A stretch of 47,137 nt of DNA from Chiloscyllium plagiosum (GCF_004010195.1 NC_057719.1:34693692-34740828), one strand, 5' to 3'; positions 36,052 to 47,137 are shown, counted from the first letter of the stretch. Made by a program: numbers and translations. The notes: generated by a model from the sequence alone, not told the origin.

Positions 36052-36322
36052 ATCTATAAAATAACTGCCAATATTCCATTTTCCTTCCCTATTATCCACT
36101 GAACTTGGATGCTATCTTTTTTGTGATTCATCGACGAGGACTTCCAAATCCCTCTGTTCCAAAGATTTCTGCAGTCTTTCTCCATTTAAATATTCAGCAC
36201 CTCAATTCTTCTTCATAACTTCACACTGCCATCTGCCAAGTTTTTTGAACAACCACTTAACCTGTCGATACCCCTCTGCAGACTCTTTGTGCCATTCTTA
36301 CCACTTGATCTTCCACCTATTC

Positions 36323-36662
36323 AGGTGGGGAAAGAGGTGACGGAGCTGAGTCCTTTGCTGAGGACAAAGCTTTCAGGGTCAGAGGGCATTATGAAGACCC
36401 ACCAAGAGAATAGATTGGAGAAAGGGAATGGGTCAAATGGACTTGAAGGAAAGAAGGGTCCAGAGATGTGTTTGCACACAATTTGTTGAAGCCTGCATTT
36501 CTTCAAACAATGAAATTGAACTGTGGACTTTGAGATGGAGGGAGTCACTGCTGCTGAAGCGACAGCTCAGGATTATGCATGTGGCATGTGGATGACTCTG
36601 AGAATGGATCACAGGATGCAGCAAGAATGATTGTGTAGAACGGTAGAATTCTGAGTGTTTAG
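36323..36662 (-). mobile_element. Old Penelope ORF fragment (N-terminal domain), left flank of the ERV
   Basis: SDPESFVLSKGLSSV and CHMHNPELSLQQQ resemble the vertebrate PLE N-terminal region. Confidence 0.6.
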
Positions 36663-37160
36663 TGTGAGAAATGGGGAAGGGTGTTGTTTTCGCAAATGTA
36701 GTAAAAAGGGTAGTGATAATAAGCTTAAGCATAGCACTGACAAACAAGTATAGAGGGCAGCTGCAGGCAAAGATCAGATTAGCAAACTTCTGGGAAAAAC
36801 AAGTTTGTGCAGGCAGAAAAGCAGAACAATAGAAAACACTAGCACAGCAAGTGTTAATATAGTTACAAAACGGTTGCAGCTAACGGCCCAAGGAGATAGA
36901 AGTAGAATCTAATCAAGATAAGGAGAAGTCACGTAGGGGCAGTCAGGTCACAAGTTAGGCAGAGAACTAGGGTGATTGGGTAATGTAGGAGTCGGGAGAG
37001 GTGACCTCTCGCAGCTCAAAGGTATAACTGTATACTTGTTTCAATGCTCATTGCTCATTTGCTTTAGCATTTGACGCCCTTTCTTGCAAGATTGGAAAAT
37101 AAATTGTCTTACTTCCAGTTTTGGTGGTCTTGGCTAACTTTGTTGAGTTTGTTTCTAACA
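36663..37160 (+). repeat. 5' LTR (498 bp)
   Basis: TGTGAGAAA...TTTCTAACA imperfect inverted ends; TATAA 37023-37027; AATAAA 37098-37103. Confidence 0.96.
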
Positions 37161-37164
37161 GACT

Positions 37165-37182
37165 TGGGGGCTCGTCCAGGAT
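37165..37182 (+). other. Primer binding site, tRNA-Pro
   Basis: TGGGGGCTCGTCCAGGAT, 17/18 match to the MLV PBS-Pro TGGGGGCTCGTCCGGGAT. Confidence 0.92.
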
Positions 37183-37491
37183 CCCAAGCTCTGGTCACTC
37201 GGCATTCTTGAAGAAACGGAAAAGGTGCACCTCGCTGATTTTGGCGATCTCTAGTTTCCCCTTGTTGCTGTGGCGCCTTTGGGCGAGCGTGATCTGGACG
37301 GAAAGACCCTGGAAACAAGATGGGAAGACACAGCGGGTTCGGTCGGGTAACTCTTGTGCACAAGACCCAGGAAAGGAAAGGTCTCTCGAGATATATCCGG
37401 GCGACCGGGAATTTGCAAAAGTAGCTGTTGCGGGAATTGCCGCGCGGGTAACGGCCGAATTGACACGACCAGGTAACTCTGTACACCAACC

Positions 37492-37500
37492 AAGGTAAGA
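37492..37500 (+). promoter_or_regulatory. Probable major splice donor of the ERV leader
   Basis: AAG|GTAAGA between PBS and gag. Confidence 0.55.
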
Positions 37501-37748
37501 AAAGGACCTTTAAGTGTTGCCTTGGTGATCGGGGACGTACGAGAAGTACAGGGAATTGGCGATGTCTAAAAATAACATATAATTGGTCAGATTGATCGGA
37601 CGGGAAAGGGTGTCAACCTGACTCTAGCAGCCAGCCTTAGACCGGTTGTTAAGAAGGGAAATCCCCCACGTGCAGGTCAGGAACCTGAAGTGGATGTGGA
37701 AGAAGGTGGCACCGGACCTCGAAAAGATCAATTAAATTCAAGAAAAAA

Positions 37749-39294
37749 ATGGGAGGCAAGGGAAGTTGTCTCTATAAAGATCGATCTACAGATAATGTTA
37801 AACTTGAAGAAATTCCATCCGACAGTCCCTTGGGGAAAATGTTGGGAAATTGGGAACACAACTCCCAGACATGGGGGAAAGATAAAGTTATAATCATAAG
37901 GTATTATTGTTTTGTCTGGACACAAGAAAGTATTAAGAAATCTGAAATCTTTTGGCCCAAATATGGGTCCGATGAAGATTGGCTGTGCCAAGATTTAAAT
38001 ATATATGTTAATAGCAAAGAGAAACAAAGCCGACAAGAGGCTGATTATGCAGTCTGTTGGATAGGGAGCCAAAATATGTTTGTCTTAAAAAAGAAAGAAA
38101 GGGAGGAAAAGGATGAAAAATACCCAAAACTCCCCATTGGGACCCTTTGTCAAATTTACCTCCCCCTTATTACAACAGAAATGACAGTCCACGGTCCATC
38201 ATCTCCCAGCGACAGTCGACCGTCGTCCCAGCCCTCTGCACCGCCAGCAGAGGAACCCCCGGAAGAGGAACCTGAAAAAAGCCCAGAAGAGGACTCCACT
38301 GTGAGTCAGGTTAAGACTAGATCAGCAGGAAGGAGAGAAGAAAGGGAATAAGGCGGGGCAACACAGGTATATCCTCTCAGAGAGGTCCCCATTGGAAACA
38401 GCGAAATTGGATATGTTAATGTGCCGCTGACCAGTGGGGAGGTCAGAGCCTTTAAAAAGGAAATGAAAAATCTAATTGAGGATCGCGTGGGATTGGGGGA
38501 GCAGTTCGACCAGTTTTTGGGGCCAAATTGGTATACCTGGGGGGAAATGATGGCAATATTGGGGACATTATTCTCAGGAGAAGAAAGGGGTATGATCAGA
38601 AGGGCCGGTCTGAGGGAGTGGGAAAAGAGATACCCTCCGGGTAAAGAAGTAACTCCGGCTGAACAAAAATTCCCTAATACAGATCCCCGATGGGAGGGCA
38701 TGAATGCACATGATAGGGGAAGCATGAGAGACTTTCGGGAAATGGTGATCTTGGGAATTAAGGAAGCAGCACCAAGATCACAAAACTTTGTTAAGGCTTT
38801 TGAAGTAAGGCAGGAGAAAGACGAAATCCCTTCAGCGTTTCTTCAAAGGCTCAAAGAAGCCACAAGGAAATATTCGGGAATCAATCCTGATGACCTGGTG
38901 GCGCAAGGACTTTTGAAGGTCAGTTTCTGACAAAGTCATGGCCGGACATACAAAAGAAATTGCAGAAAATAGATGGATGGAGTGAAAAACAAATGGAAGA
39001 GTTGTTACATGAGGCACAGAAAGTGTATGTGAAGAGAGAGGACGAGAAGCAGAAGCAGAAAGCTAAAATGATGGTGGCGGCAGTAATGAAATAACAAAGA
39101 GGAGATTAGGATCGGGAGATAATAAAAAAGTTAAGGATATAGGAGGACACGAAAGACAAAGGTCGGATGTCCAGGGAAGGAGGCAACAGGCGGGATGTTA
39201 CCATTGTGGAAAAGTGGGGCATTTTAAACGAGAATGCCCTGGACTAACGCAGGAAAAGGGAAGCTGTTTCCCTATTGACATTTGATGAAGACTG
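37749..39294 (+). pseudogene. gag: ERV Gag (MA, PPPY and PSAP late domains, CA, one CCHC zinc knuckle)
   Basis: MGGKGS myristoylation signal; NLPPPYY and QPSAPP; MHR QEKDEIPSAFLQRL; CYHCGKVGHFKREC; several frameshifts and stops. Confidence 0.93.
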
Positions 39295-42200
39295 GGGAGT
39301 CAGGGGCTCCTTCCTTCTGAAACCCACCGGGAACCCTTGATAAATCTAAAGGTGTGACCTGAAGGGGAGGAGGCAGTGTTTTTGGTGGACACGGGAGCGG
39401 CACGGTCATCCCTAAGTTTTAGACCTACCGGTGTTAAATTGACAAATAAGAATCTCAGGGTTTCTGGAGTAAAAGGTGGAGAATTCCTAGTGCCTATTTT
39501 TGAGCCAATGCTAATTAGAGTAAATAACGAGGAAGTGACAGGACAATTATTGTATATTCCCGACATTGGAAGTAATCTATTAGGTAGGGATTTGATTATC
39601 TTGTTAGGCTTAAAAATTGGGTGGAAAACAGTGCAGTGACCGTAAAGATGGCCATGTTAACACCATGTTAACAAATCAGCCCTGATGTATGGGCAAGACC
39701 GGGTAATACAGGGCATCTAACTATTACTCCGATGGTAATTACGTTAATTCAGGAGAATAAGACAGTTTGGGTTAGACAATACCCCATATCACTGGAAGGT
39801 CATAAAGATCTCCAACCAGTTATAGATTCTTCGTTAAAAACCGGATTGTTAGAACCCTGTATGTCACCCTTTAATACCCCAATACTGCCTGTCCGCAAAC
39901 CAGACGGAACCTATCGATTAGTGCAGGATCTCACAGCATTGAACCGATTGGTTCGAACACGACACCCGGTAGTCCCCAATCCGTACACTTTGCTAGGCAA
40001 GATACCGTGTGACCACCGCTGGTTTAGTGTAATAGATTTAAAGGATGCATTCTGGGCCTGCCCTCTGGCTCCAGAAAGCTGTGACATGTTTGCCTTTGAG
40101 TGGGAAAACCCATACACTGGTAGAAAGCAACAATTCCGATGGACGGTACTTCCCCAGGGATTCACAGAATCACCTAATCTATTCAGGCAAGTACTGGAAC
40201 AGGTCCTGGAACAACTTGAGATGCCTAAAGGGACTTCACTGTTACAATATGTGGACGACCTACTTGTGTCAGGACGAAAGAGAGATGATGTGAGCTTGGC
40301 CACCAATAAGCTGTTAAATTTCCTAGGGCAACAAGGTTTAAGAGTATCTAGGAATAAATTGCAATATGTAGAGAAAGAGATGAAATATTTAGGGCACCTT
40401 GTTAGTGAGGGTACTAGGCGAATTAACCCCGAGAGAATTAAAGGAATAGTAGAACTACTCCTCCCGACCACCAAACGAGAATTACGGAAGTTCTTAGGGC
40501 TAGTGGGCTATTGTAGATTATGGATAGAAGCATACGCCCAGAAAACAAAGGGGTTATATTATAAATTGACAGAATCTGAACATGAAAGACTACACGGGAC
40601 AGAAGAGGAAAAGGAAGGGTTACATGAGTTAAAGCGTAGTTTATTACAAGTTCTGGTGCTGGCTCTTCCTTCCCTCAAGAAACCATTCCACCTTTTTGTG
40701 ACACTAAATGATGGAGCAGCCTTAGGAGTGTTAACCCAGAAGGGAGGGGGAAGGAGGCAGCCNNNNNNNNNNNNNNNNNNNNNNNNNNNNNNNNNNNNNN
40801 NNNNNNNNNNNNNNNNNGTCAGAACTGTGCTAAGCCAAAAGGCAGGGAGATGGTTGACAGACTCACGAATCTTAAAATACGAAGCTATCCTGATGGAGAG
40901 AGATGACCTCGTGTTAGCAACAGATACCTGTCTAAACTCAGCTACCTTCCTATGGAAGGGAGAACCTCTGGACAAATGAGAATTAGAACACAACTGCTTA
41001 GATATCATTGAGTATCAGACTAAGGTTAGACAGTTTCTAAAAGATATTCCCTTGCATGTTGGGGACAGACTGTTTATAGACGGATCATCAAGAGTGGTAC
41101 AAGGAAAAAGACACAATGGATATGCAGTAGTGGATGGTCACAAGAACCAAACAGTTGAGGCTGACCGGTTGCCTAACACATGGTCGGCCCAAACTTGTGA
41201 GTTGTATGCATTAAACCAAGCTTTAAAACAACTAGAAAATCAGGATGGGACAATTTACACTGACACTAAGTATGCCTATGGGGTGGTCCATACCTTCGGA
41301 AAAATATGGCAAGAACGTGGACTATTCAATAGCCGGGGAAAGGAATTAGTACACGAAGAGTTAATAGGACAAGTGTTGAAATGTTTGGAATTACCACGAG
41401 AAATAACAATAGTTCATGTACCAGGGCACCAAAGGGGAACATTCTAGAAGCAAGAGGAAATAGGCTAGCAGACGAAGCAGCCAAAGAGGCAGCTATGAAC
41501 CTTACAGTAACAAAAATACAGGTTCTCACACCCCTAGTGGAGTCTCCTTCCGTGAACCCCATGTACACGAAGGAAGAGGAAAAAGAATTCCAGGAGATAG
41601 GAGCCACTAAGACAAGGGAAGGAAGATGGATTCTCCCGGATGGGAGTGAAATGTTGAGTAAACCAGTCATGAGAAACATTCTAAATACCCTGCACCGAGG
41701 CAGTCACTGGGGCTCTCAAGCCATGTGTAGCATAGTGTTAAGGGAGTATGGATGTAAAGGGATATACACATTAGCCAAGCAGGTATGCTCAGGATGCCCG
41801 ATTTGCCAAAAGATTAATAAAAAGGTAACAATAGGAGGGCAAAAAGGTGAAAGGAATCCCGGGGTAAGACCTTTTCAGAGCATACAGGTCGACTGTACAG
41901 AATTACCCCCGGTAGGGAAACAAAAGTATTTATTAGTCATAGTAGACCACTTAACCAGGTGGGTAAAAGCTTTCCCAATGTCTTCAGCTACCTCAAAAGG
42001 AGTAGTGAAAACGCTCCTTGAACATATCATCCCACAATATGGAATAGTGGAAACTATAGATTCAGACCAAGGTACCCTTTTTACTTCTAAGAGCTTACAA
42101 GGGGTAATAGCAGGATTAGAAATTTTGTGGGAATTCCATACTCCTTGGCACCCACCCTCCTCTGGACGGGTGGAAAGAATGAATCAAACCTTTAAGAAGC

Positions 42201-42726
42201 AATTATCAAAGTTAGTCCTAGAGACCCGATTACCACGGACTAAATGCTTATCTATTGCACTATTACGCATTCGGATGGCCCCGAGGCATGATATCGGACT
42301 TTCTCCTTATGAAATGATGTTTGGGCTGCCATTCCTGGGAGGGAAGGGAAAGGTACCCACGGCCGAGTTTAATGACAAGTTTTTGAAAACTATATTGTGG
42401 CACTTGGCTCTTCATTATCTGTTCTTAGGAATAAAGGTCTTTTCGTACAGACAGCACCACTCGAGTTTGCAGTACATCGGATATGACCAGGTGATTGGAT
42501 CCTGATAAAGACCTGGAAGGATACCAAACTACACCCGAGCTGGGAGGGACCATTCTTAACTCTCCTGACTACCGAAACAGCCGTCCGAACTGCAGAAAAA
42601 GGGTGGAGTCATCACACTTGTGTTAAGGGCCCCGTGGATGCTCCTTCCCCTTCGGCAGAGTGGCAAGCTCATCCTACAGACAACCTTCTGAAAGTCAAGC
42701 TGAGTAGGAAGACTGGACTGAAATAA
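39295..42726 (+). pseudogene. pol: ERV Pro-Pol (PR, RT, RNase H, IN); contains assembly gap 40763-40817
   Basis: FLVDTGA..LLGRD; LPQGFTESP, YVDD; FIDGSS, IYTD, GNRLAD; HHCC, D-D-E (QVD, SDQG, VERMN), WEGPF. Confidence 0.96.
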
Positions 42727-43135
42727 TAATTGCTGCCATTGACTTTAAAATTTGCTGCTACTGATTGTAAGGGTTGCGTGGACTCACTTCTCCCAGACGA
42801 CTACAAAAGGGGGAAAGAAGGCAGGAAGGCGGACAGAGGTAAGAGATGAGTGGGTATTGGTAAAGTGTTGTAATGATATTCATACTGACGGTTCAAGGAG
42901 ACGGGAAAAATCATTTTACTTCCCGGACTGAAATAATAATTGCTGCCATTGACTTTAAAATTTGCTGCTACTGATTGTAAGGGTTGCGTGGACTCACTTC
43001 TCCCAGATGACTACAAAAGGGGGAAAGATAGGCAGGAAGGCGGACAGAGGTAAGAGATGAGTGGGTATTGGGAAAGTGTTGTAATGATATTCATACTGAC
43101 AGTTCAAGGAGACGGGAAAAATCATTTTACTTCCC
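42715..43135 (+). repeat. Tandem duplication of 210/211 bp at the pol-env boundary
   Basis: 42715-42924 and 42925-43135; 4 differences. Confidence 0.95.
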
Positions 43136-44379
43136 TATGCCAACATTATGCTGAACAAAAGAGACTTACCGACTGTTGGGTCTATGCAGAGATCCCTCAC
43201 CACAGCTAATCGGGGATCGCCATCTTGATAATACCACTTACCAAAAGCGAAGTTTATGATGCCCAACAATTTGACTGGGGCTCAAATAATACAAGGTAGA
43301 GATCCGAGAGGGATCACTATAACTTTGAAGGATGGTTCCCTCAACTCGCCCCTAAAACCCTGGGTCCTATTAATGGACTTAGCATTCATCTGCCAACAGG
43401 AACAGTAAACGCCGCTTGTTTCTGTAATCAGAATGATACTGCCCCCTTCCAATTAGGAAAATCATCTTGCGTCTACACTAACCGAGCCACGGCCACGAAC
43501 ATTCCCCCATTATTAAACGGAACCTATTGGATATGCCGGTCCAAGGCATATGCCAGGCGAAAAGTACATATGGAGTGGCGGTTGCACCGGCAGTAAATGT
43601 TGGGACAATCCAGTAAAACCTCAGACATTACCACAGAAACAAAAAAGCTGGAGTGGCTGCTGTTACCCCACTTATATAGTCCCCCACCTCCAGATAGAGA
43701 AACATGACACTCTGAAAAAGGAAAAGGGAATAAGCCATAAAATCTGAGAGGTCTCTGAATGGGACCGTTTCTAGTGGACATTATTCCCAAAATACGGCAT
43801 TGCAAGGGCGAGGAGAGAAATACAGAAACTGGCGGCAGCCCTTGAAAAATTGGTTAATGATACTGCTGACTCATTTAGAGAAACTGAGTCCCAAATAGTG
43901 GCCATAACCACCGAAATGATGGCCACGAGACTAACAACTTTACAGAATCGAACGGCTTTAGCCTATATCTTGGCCGAAAAGGGGGAACATGTGCTTTAAT
44001 CGGTAAAGAATGCTGCACTTTCATCCCAGATAGCTCTTCCATGGTGGAAGAAAAGGCAGAGATAATAAGGAAAAAGATAAAAGATATAAGAGAAATAGGG
44101 AATGAACTTCGGAAAGATAAAGGAACAGGGCGGGGATGGGGTGACTGAGGACTGATGGGCTGGGAAAAGTGGTTAGTCAATCTAGCTATCTATGGATTTT
44201 TGATATTAGTGGGTCTGGTCGTAGGGTTCAATGTCCTCAAGTGGATAATGAGCCGACTGATGACGTCCCTTGGGGAGGGGACTCAAATACATCATCAGAT
44301 GCTTTTACAATCAACAGGTGACGTGCAACAGAGGGAAAGTCAAAGAATGCTCCTCGAATTCAAGAGACGAAAGGGGTAA
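43057..44379 (+). pseudogene. env: ERV Env, gamma-type (SU and TM)
   Basis: Signal-like MSGYWESVVMIFILTVQG; TDCWVY (decayed CxxC); HKI* probably a decayed furin site; ISU LQNRTALAYILAEKG; CALIGKECC (CX6CC); TM anchor WLVNLAIYGFLILVGLVVGF. Confidence 0.92.
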
Positions 44380-44460
44380 CGTGATACCGTGTATAAGATT
44401 GTGAACCTCTGTACCTTAGAGTGTAAAGAGGGCAGAAATTACAAAAACAACAAGATGCAA

Positions 44461-44479
44461 AAGAAAAGAAATGGGGGAG
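44461..44479 (+). other. Polypurine tract
   Basis: aagaaaagaaatgggggag just before the 3' LTR. Confidence 0.85.
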
Positions 44480-44480
44480 T

Positions 44481-44978
44481 TGTGAGAAATGGGGAAGGGT
44501 GTTGTTTTCGCAGATGTAGCAAAAAGGGTAGTGATAATAAGCTTAAGCATAGCACTGACAAACAAGTATAGTGGGCAGCTGCAGGCAAAGATCAGATTAG
44601 CAAACTTCTGGGAAAAACAAGTTAGTGCAGGCAGAAAAGCAGAACAATAGAAAACACAAGCACAGCAAGTGTTAATATAGTTACAAAACGGTTGCAGCTA
44701 ACGGCCCAAGGAGATAGAAGTAGAATCTAATCAAGATAAGGAGAAGTCACGTAGGGGCAGTCAGGTCACAAGTTAGACAGAGAACTAGGGTGATTGGGTA
44801 ATGTAGGAGTCGGGAGAGGTGACCTCACGCAGCTCAAAGGTATAACTGTATACTTGTTTCAATGCTCATTGCTCATTTGCTTTTGCATTTGACCCCCTTT
44901 CTTGCAAGATCGTAAAATAAATTGTCTTGTTTCCAGTTTTGGTGGTCTTGGCTAATTTTGTTGAGTTTGTTTCTAACA
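44481..44978 (+). repeat. 3' LTR (498 bp)
   Basis: About 14 substitutions and no indels versus the 5' LTR. Confidence 0.96.
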
Positions 44979-44984
44979 GATTAG

Positions 44985-45272
44985 TAATTGTGTTGCATCC
45001 AAAACACAAAGGATGGAGCTTCTGTTGTATTCCAGGTGGAATAAGTCAAAAATGGAGACAGTTTCTAAGGAAGGAGACACAGTAACTGACTCTTTGGTAG
45101 CTATCAGATCAAAAGCAAGAAGTAAGATAAAAAGTAATGAAGGGCAACATGAGAGATGAGGCAAAACCCATTGGAGAGAGGAGCAGGACTTCCTTGAGTT
45201 GATTCCTGGAAGAGAAATGTCAGTGAATGAAACACAAAAACAAAATCAAAATACTGCAGATGCAGGAAATGT
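44985..45272 (-). mobile_element. 5' part of the old Penelope (pLTR tail and ORF start), right flank of the ERV
   Basis: Minus strand cctgcatctgcagtattttg (pLTR tail like family A), then tttctcttccAG, then VSFLRNCLHF*LIPPGIQQKLHPLCFG. Confidence 0.6.
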
Positions 45273-45897
45273 GGGGCTAGGAGTAATAACATCGGTTTTC
45301 TCATATATCTTCTATGCTAAAGTGATTTACACAGTGATGGATATTAAATTTGTGTTGCAGAGAAAATTTGGAGGCTCAGATTCCTGTTTCATTGGCTGCA
45401 GGCAGAAAAACAGTGCAAACAAAGCAATCTCTGTCAGACCTTCCATCACTACCTAAATTACCGTCAAGAGAGGGTAATTTACATTATGGATCACATGCAG
45501 ATTTTGTTTCACAATTTTTTTTTTGTAAATCTATAGTTTGAACTACTGGAAAATGATTTAGATCCAAAAAGAGGAGTTTTAATCTGACTGAAAGACAAAA
45601 AGGGACTGGGAATTGATCAGCTGACAGCAGCCATTTTTTATGCAGCCTTGAAGCTTTACTTTACAATGAAAAGATCTCAACCCTACCAAATTCAGAAAAG
45701 ATTCAACACTTCAAAAGGGAAACTAAATTTATCCTCAGGATTTCACATTCACTGCAGATGCTGACAAAGAAGAATCAAGCAGTTACTTTGCTAAGGTCAA
45801 CAAATATTTGCCACAAATTCATTGTAAAGGTAATTCCATCTTGTAAAAATAATTCTTGTGAAAGCTGCACTGAAGCGAAAATCCAAACTGTATACAT

Positions 45898-45918
45898 GTT
45901 GTGCCACCTAGCGGTGAG
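45898..45918 (-). promoter_or_regulatory. Candidate CTCF motif
   Basis: Minus strand caCCGCTAGGTGGCAC, close to the CTCF consensus, CpG retained in AT-rich unique DNA. Confidence 0.4.
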
Positions 45919-46499
45919 TAGTAATATAACACCTACCATTCCAAATCATGGACAGTACACATACCTTAAACCACTAAATCCACAAAGATACATTCAGACA
46001 TTTTATTCCTTTAAACTATAAATTGAATATCTATACAATATTTGATCTAAAAATCCTCATGAATATAAAGGCGGAAATCTCAATTCACAGAGTATGGAAC
46101 AAAAAGGAAAAAGAAACTATAATTTACATATTAAAATAGAAATTGGGGAAAGGCAAGGTAGATCAATCAGCATCTGGTTGAATTGAAAAGATTAACAACT
46201 TAGGTGCATCTTAAGTCTATAGAAAACCATCTACATCTTTCTTGAACTCAGTTACCTTTAGGCCACAGCTCTTTTAGTTTATATTCCATGAGATATTTTT
46301 TTCTGAGCATGTTCCTGTTGGCTCCAATGCCAGTCTAGAAGCAGCTCCAGCTGGTGAGGACTATGTTGTTTAACTAGAAAGTGAGGGTGGAAATATTCCT
46401 GCTTATATAGCTTATGATTAAAGTTTGATCATAGGGTGATAACAGTATCCAGCTCAGTATTGGTGGCTGCCACGTAAAAGTAACCACAGAGAAACAGGT

Positions 46500-47137
46500 A
46501 GATAGAGTCGTGGAGTCATAGAGATGTACAGCATGGAAACAGACCCTTCGGTCCAACCCATCCATGCCGACCAGATATCCCAACTCAATCTAGTCCCACA
46601 TGACAGCACCCTGCCCATATCCCGCCAAACACTTCCTATTCATATACCCATCCAAATGCCTTTTAAATGTTGCAATTGTACCAGCCTCCACAGCTTCCTC
46701 TGGCAGCTCATTCCATACACGTACCACCCTCTACATGAAAACGTTGCCCCTTAGGTCTCTTTTATATCTTTCTCCTCTCACCCTAAACCTATGCCCTCTA
46801 GTACTGGACTCCCCAACCCCAGGGAAAAGACTTTGTCTGTTTATACTATCCATGCCCCTCATGATTTTGTAAACCTCTGTAAGGTCACCCCTCAACCTCT
46901 GACGCTCCAGGGAAAACAGCCCCAGCCTGTTCAATCTATCCCTATAGCTCAAATCCTCCAACCCTGGCAACATCCTTGTAAATCTTTTCTGAACCCTTTC
47001 AAGTTTAACAACATCTTTCCGATAGGAAGGAGACCAGAATTGCATGCAATATTCCAACAGTGGCCTAACCAATGTCCTGTACAGCCGCAACATGACCTCC
47101 CAACTCCTGTACTCAATACTCTGACCAATAAAGGAAA
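46500..47137 (-). mobile_element. Young CR1 3' portion, continuing beyond the window
   Basis: LEYCMQFWSPSYRKDVVKLERVQKRFTRMLPG...RLRGDLTEVYK; catagagt-type tail repeats. Confidence 0.95.

Larger units (their letters stand above)
35383..36322 (-). mobile_element. CR1 3' fragment inserted in the old Penelope; itself carries two insertions
   Basis: Tail catagcacatcagagcagcaacaggccatt; RT remnants (LEYCEHFWAPY). Confidence 0.8.
36663..44978 (+). mobile_element. Full-length class I (gamma-like, HERV-I/IP-related) endogenous retrovirus, defective
   Basis: Paired LTRs, PBS, gag-pro-pol-env in order, PPT and target-site duplication. Confidence 0.97.

Noticed and set aside
37121..37498. 125-codon ORF in the ERV leader as a possible accessory gene
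   Set aside because: Starts at a non-AUG codon inside U5, spans the PBS, lies in GC-rich sequence and has no recognisable motif.
39732..40979. 415-aa apparently intact RT ORF
   Set aside because: It crosses a 55-N gap (40763-40817) that looks shorter than the missing connection-domain segment, so frame continuity is unproven; flanking pol is disrupted.
43057..44379. Co-opted syncytin-like env
   Set aside because: Multiple stops and frameshifts, with decayed CxxC and furin motifs.
44380..44460. Epsilonretrovirus-type accessory genes after env
   Set aside because: Only about 80 nt lie between the env stop and the PPT.

Overview
This is eukaryotic, repeat-dense vertebrate DNA, most likely from a shark (inferred from the HE1-type V-SINE, CR1, Rex1 and Penelope repertoire). 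No prokaryotic genes, rRNA/tRNA genes or CRISPR arrays were found. Main contents: (1) a full-length, mutated class I endogenous retrovirus at 36663-44978, with 498-bp LTRs differing at about 14 sites, a tRNA-Pro PBS and gag-pro-pol-env, resembling the HERV-I/HERV-IP lineage and inserted into an old Penelope element; (2) a full-length CR1 LINE (1481-5791) nested in an older antisense CR1, plus many CR1/Rex1 fragments and SINEs; (3) several short Penelope-derived insertions from three sequence families that carry minimal hammerhead ribozyme motifs, often as inverted pairs with 13-15-bp TSDs; (4) a possible pair of small host exons at 30768-30950 (-). The most interesting signals are a phase-correct U UUA AAC slippery heptamer at the CR1 ORF1 stop leading into an AUG-less ORF2 (candidate -1 ribosomal frameshift), the covarying hammerhead motifs, four inverted templated insertions copied from 0.65-1.2 kb away, and a 344-bp duplication whose junction is a Penelope end. 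All alignments and counts were done by eye; family names are from recalled motifs, not database searches.
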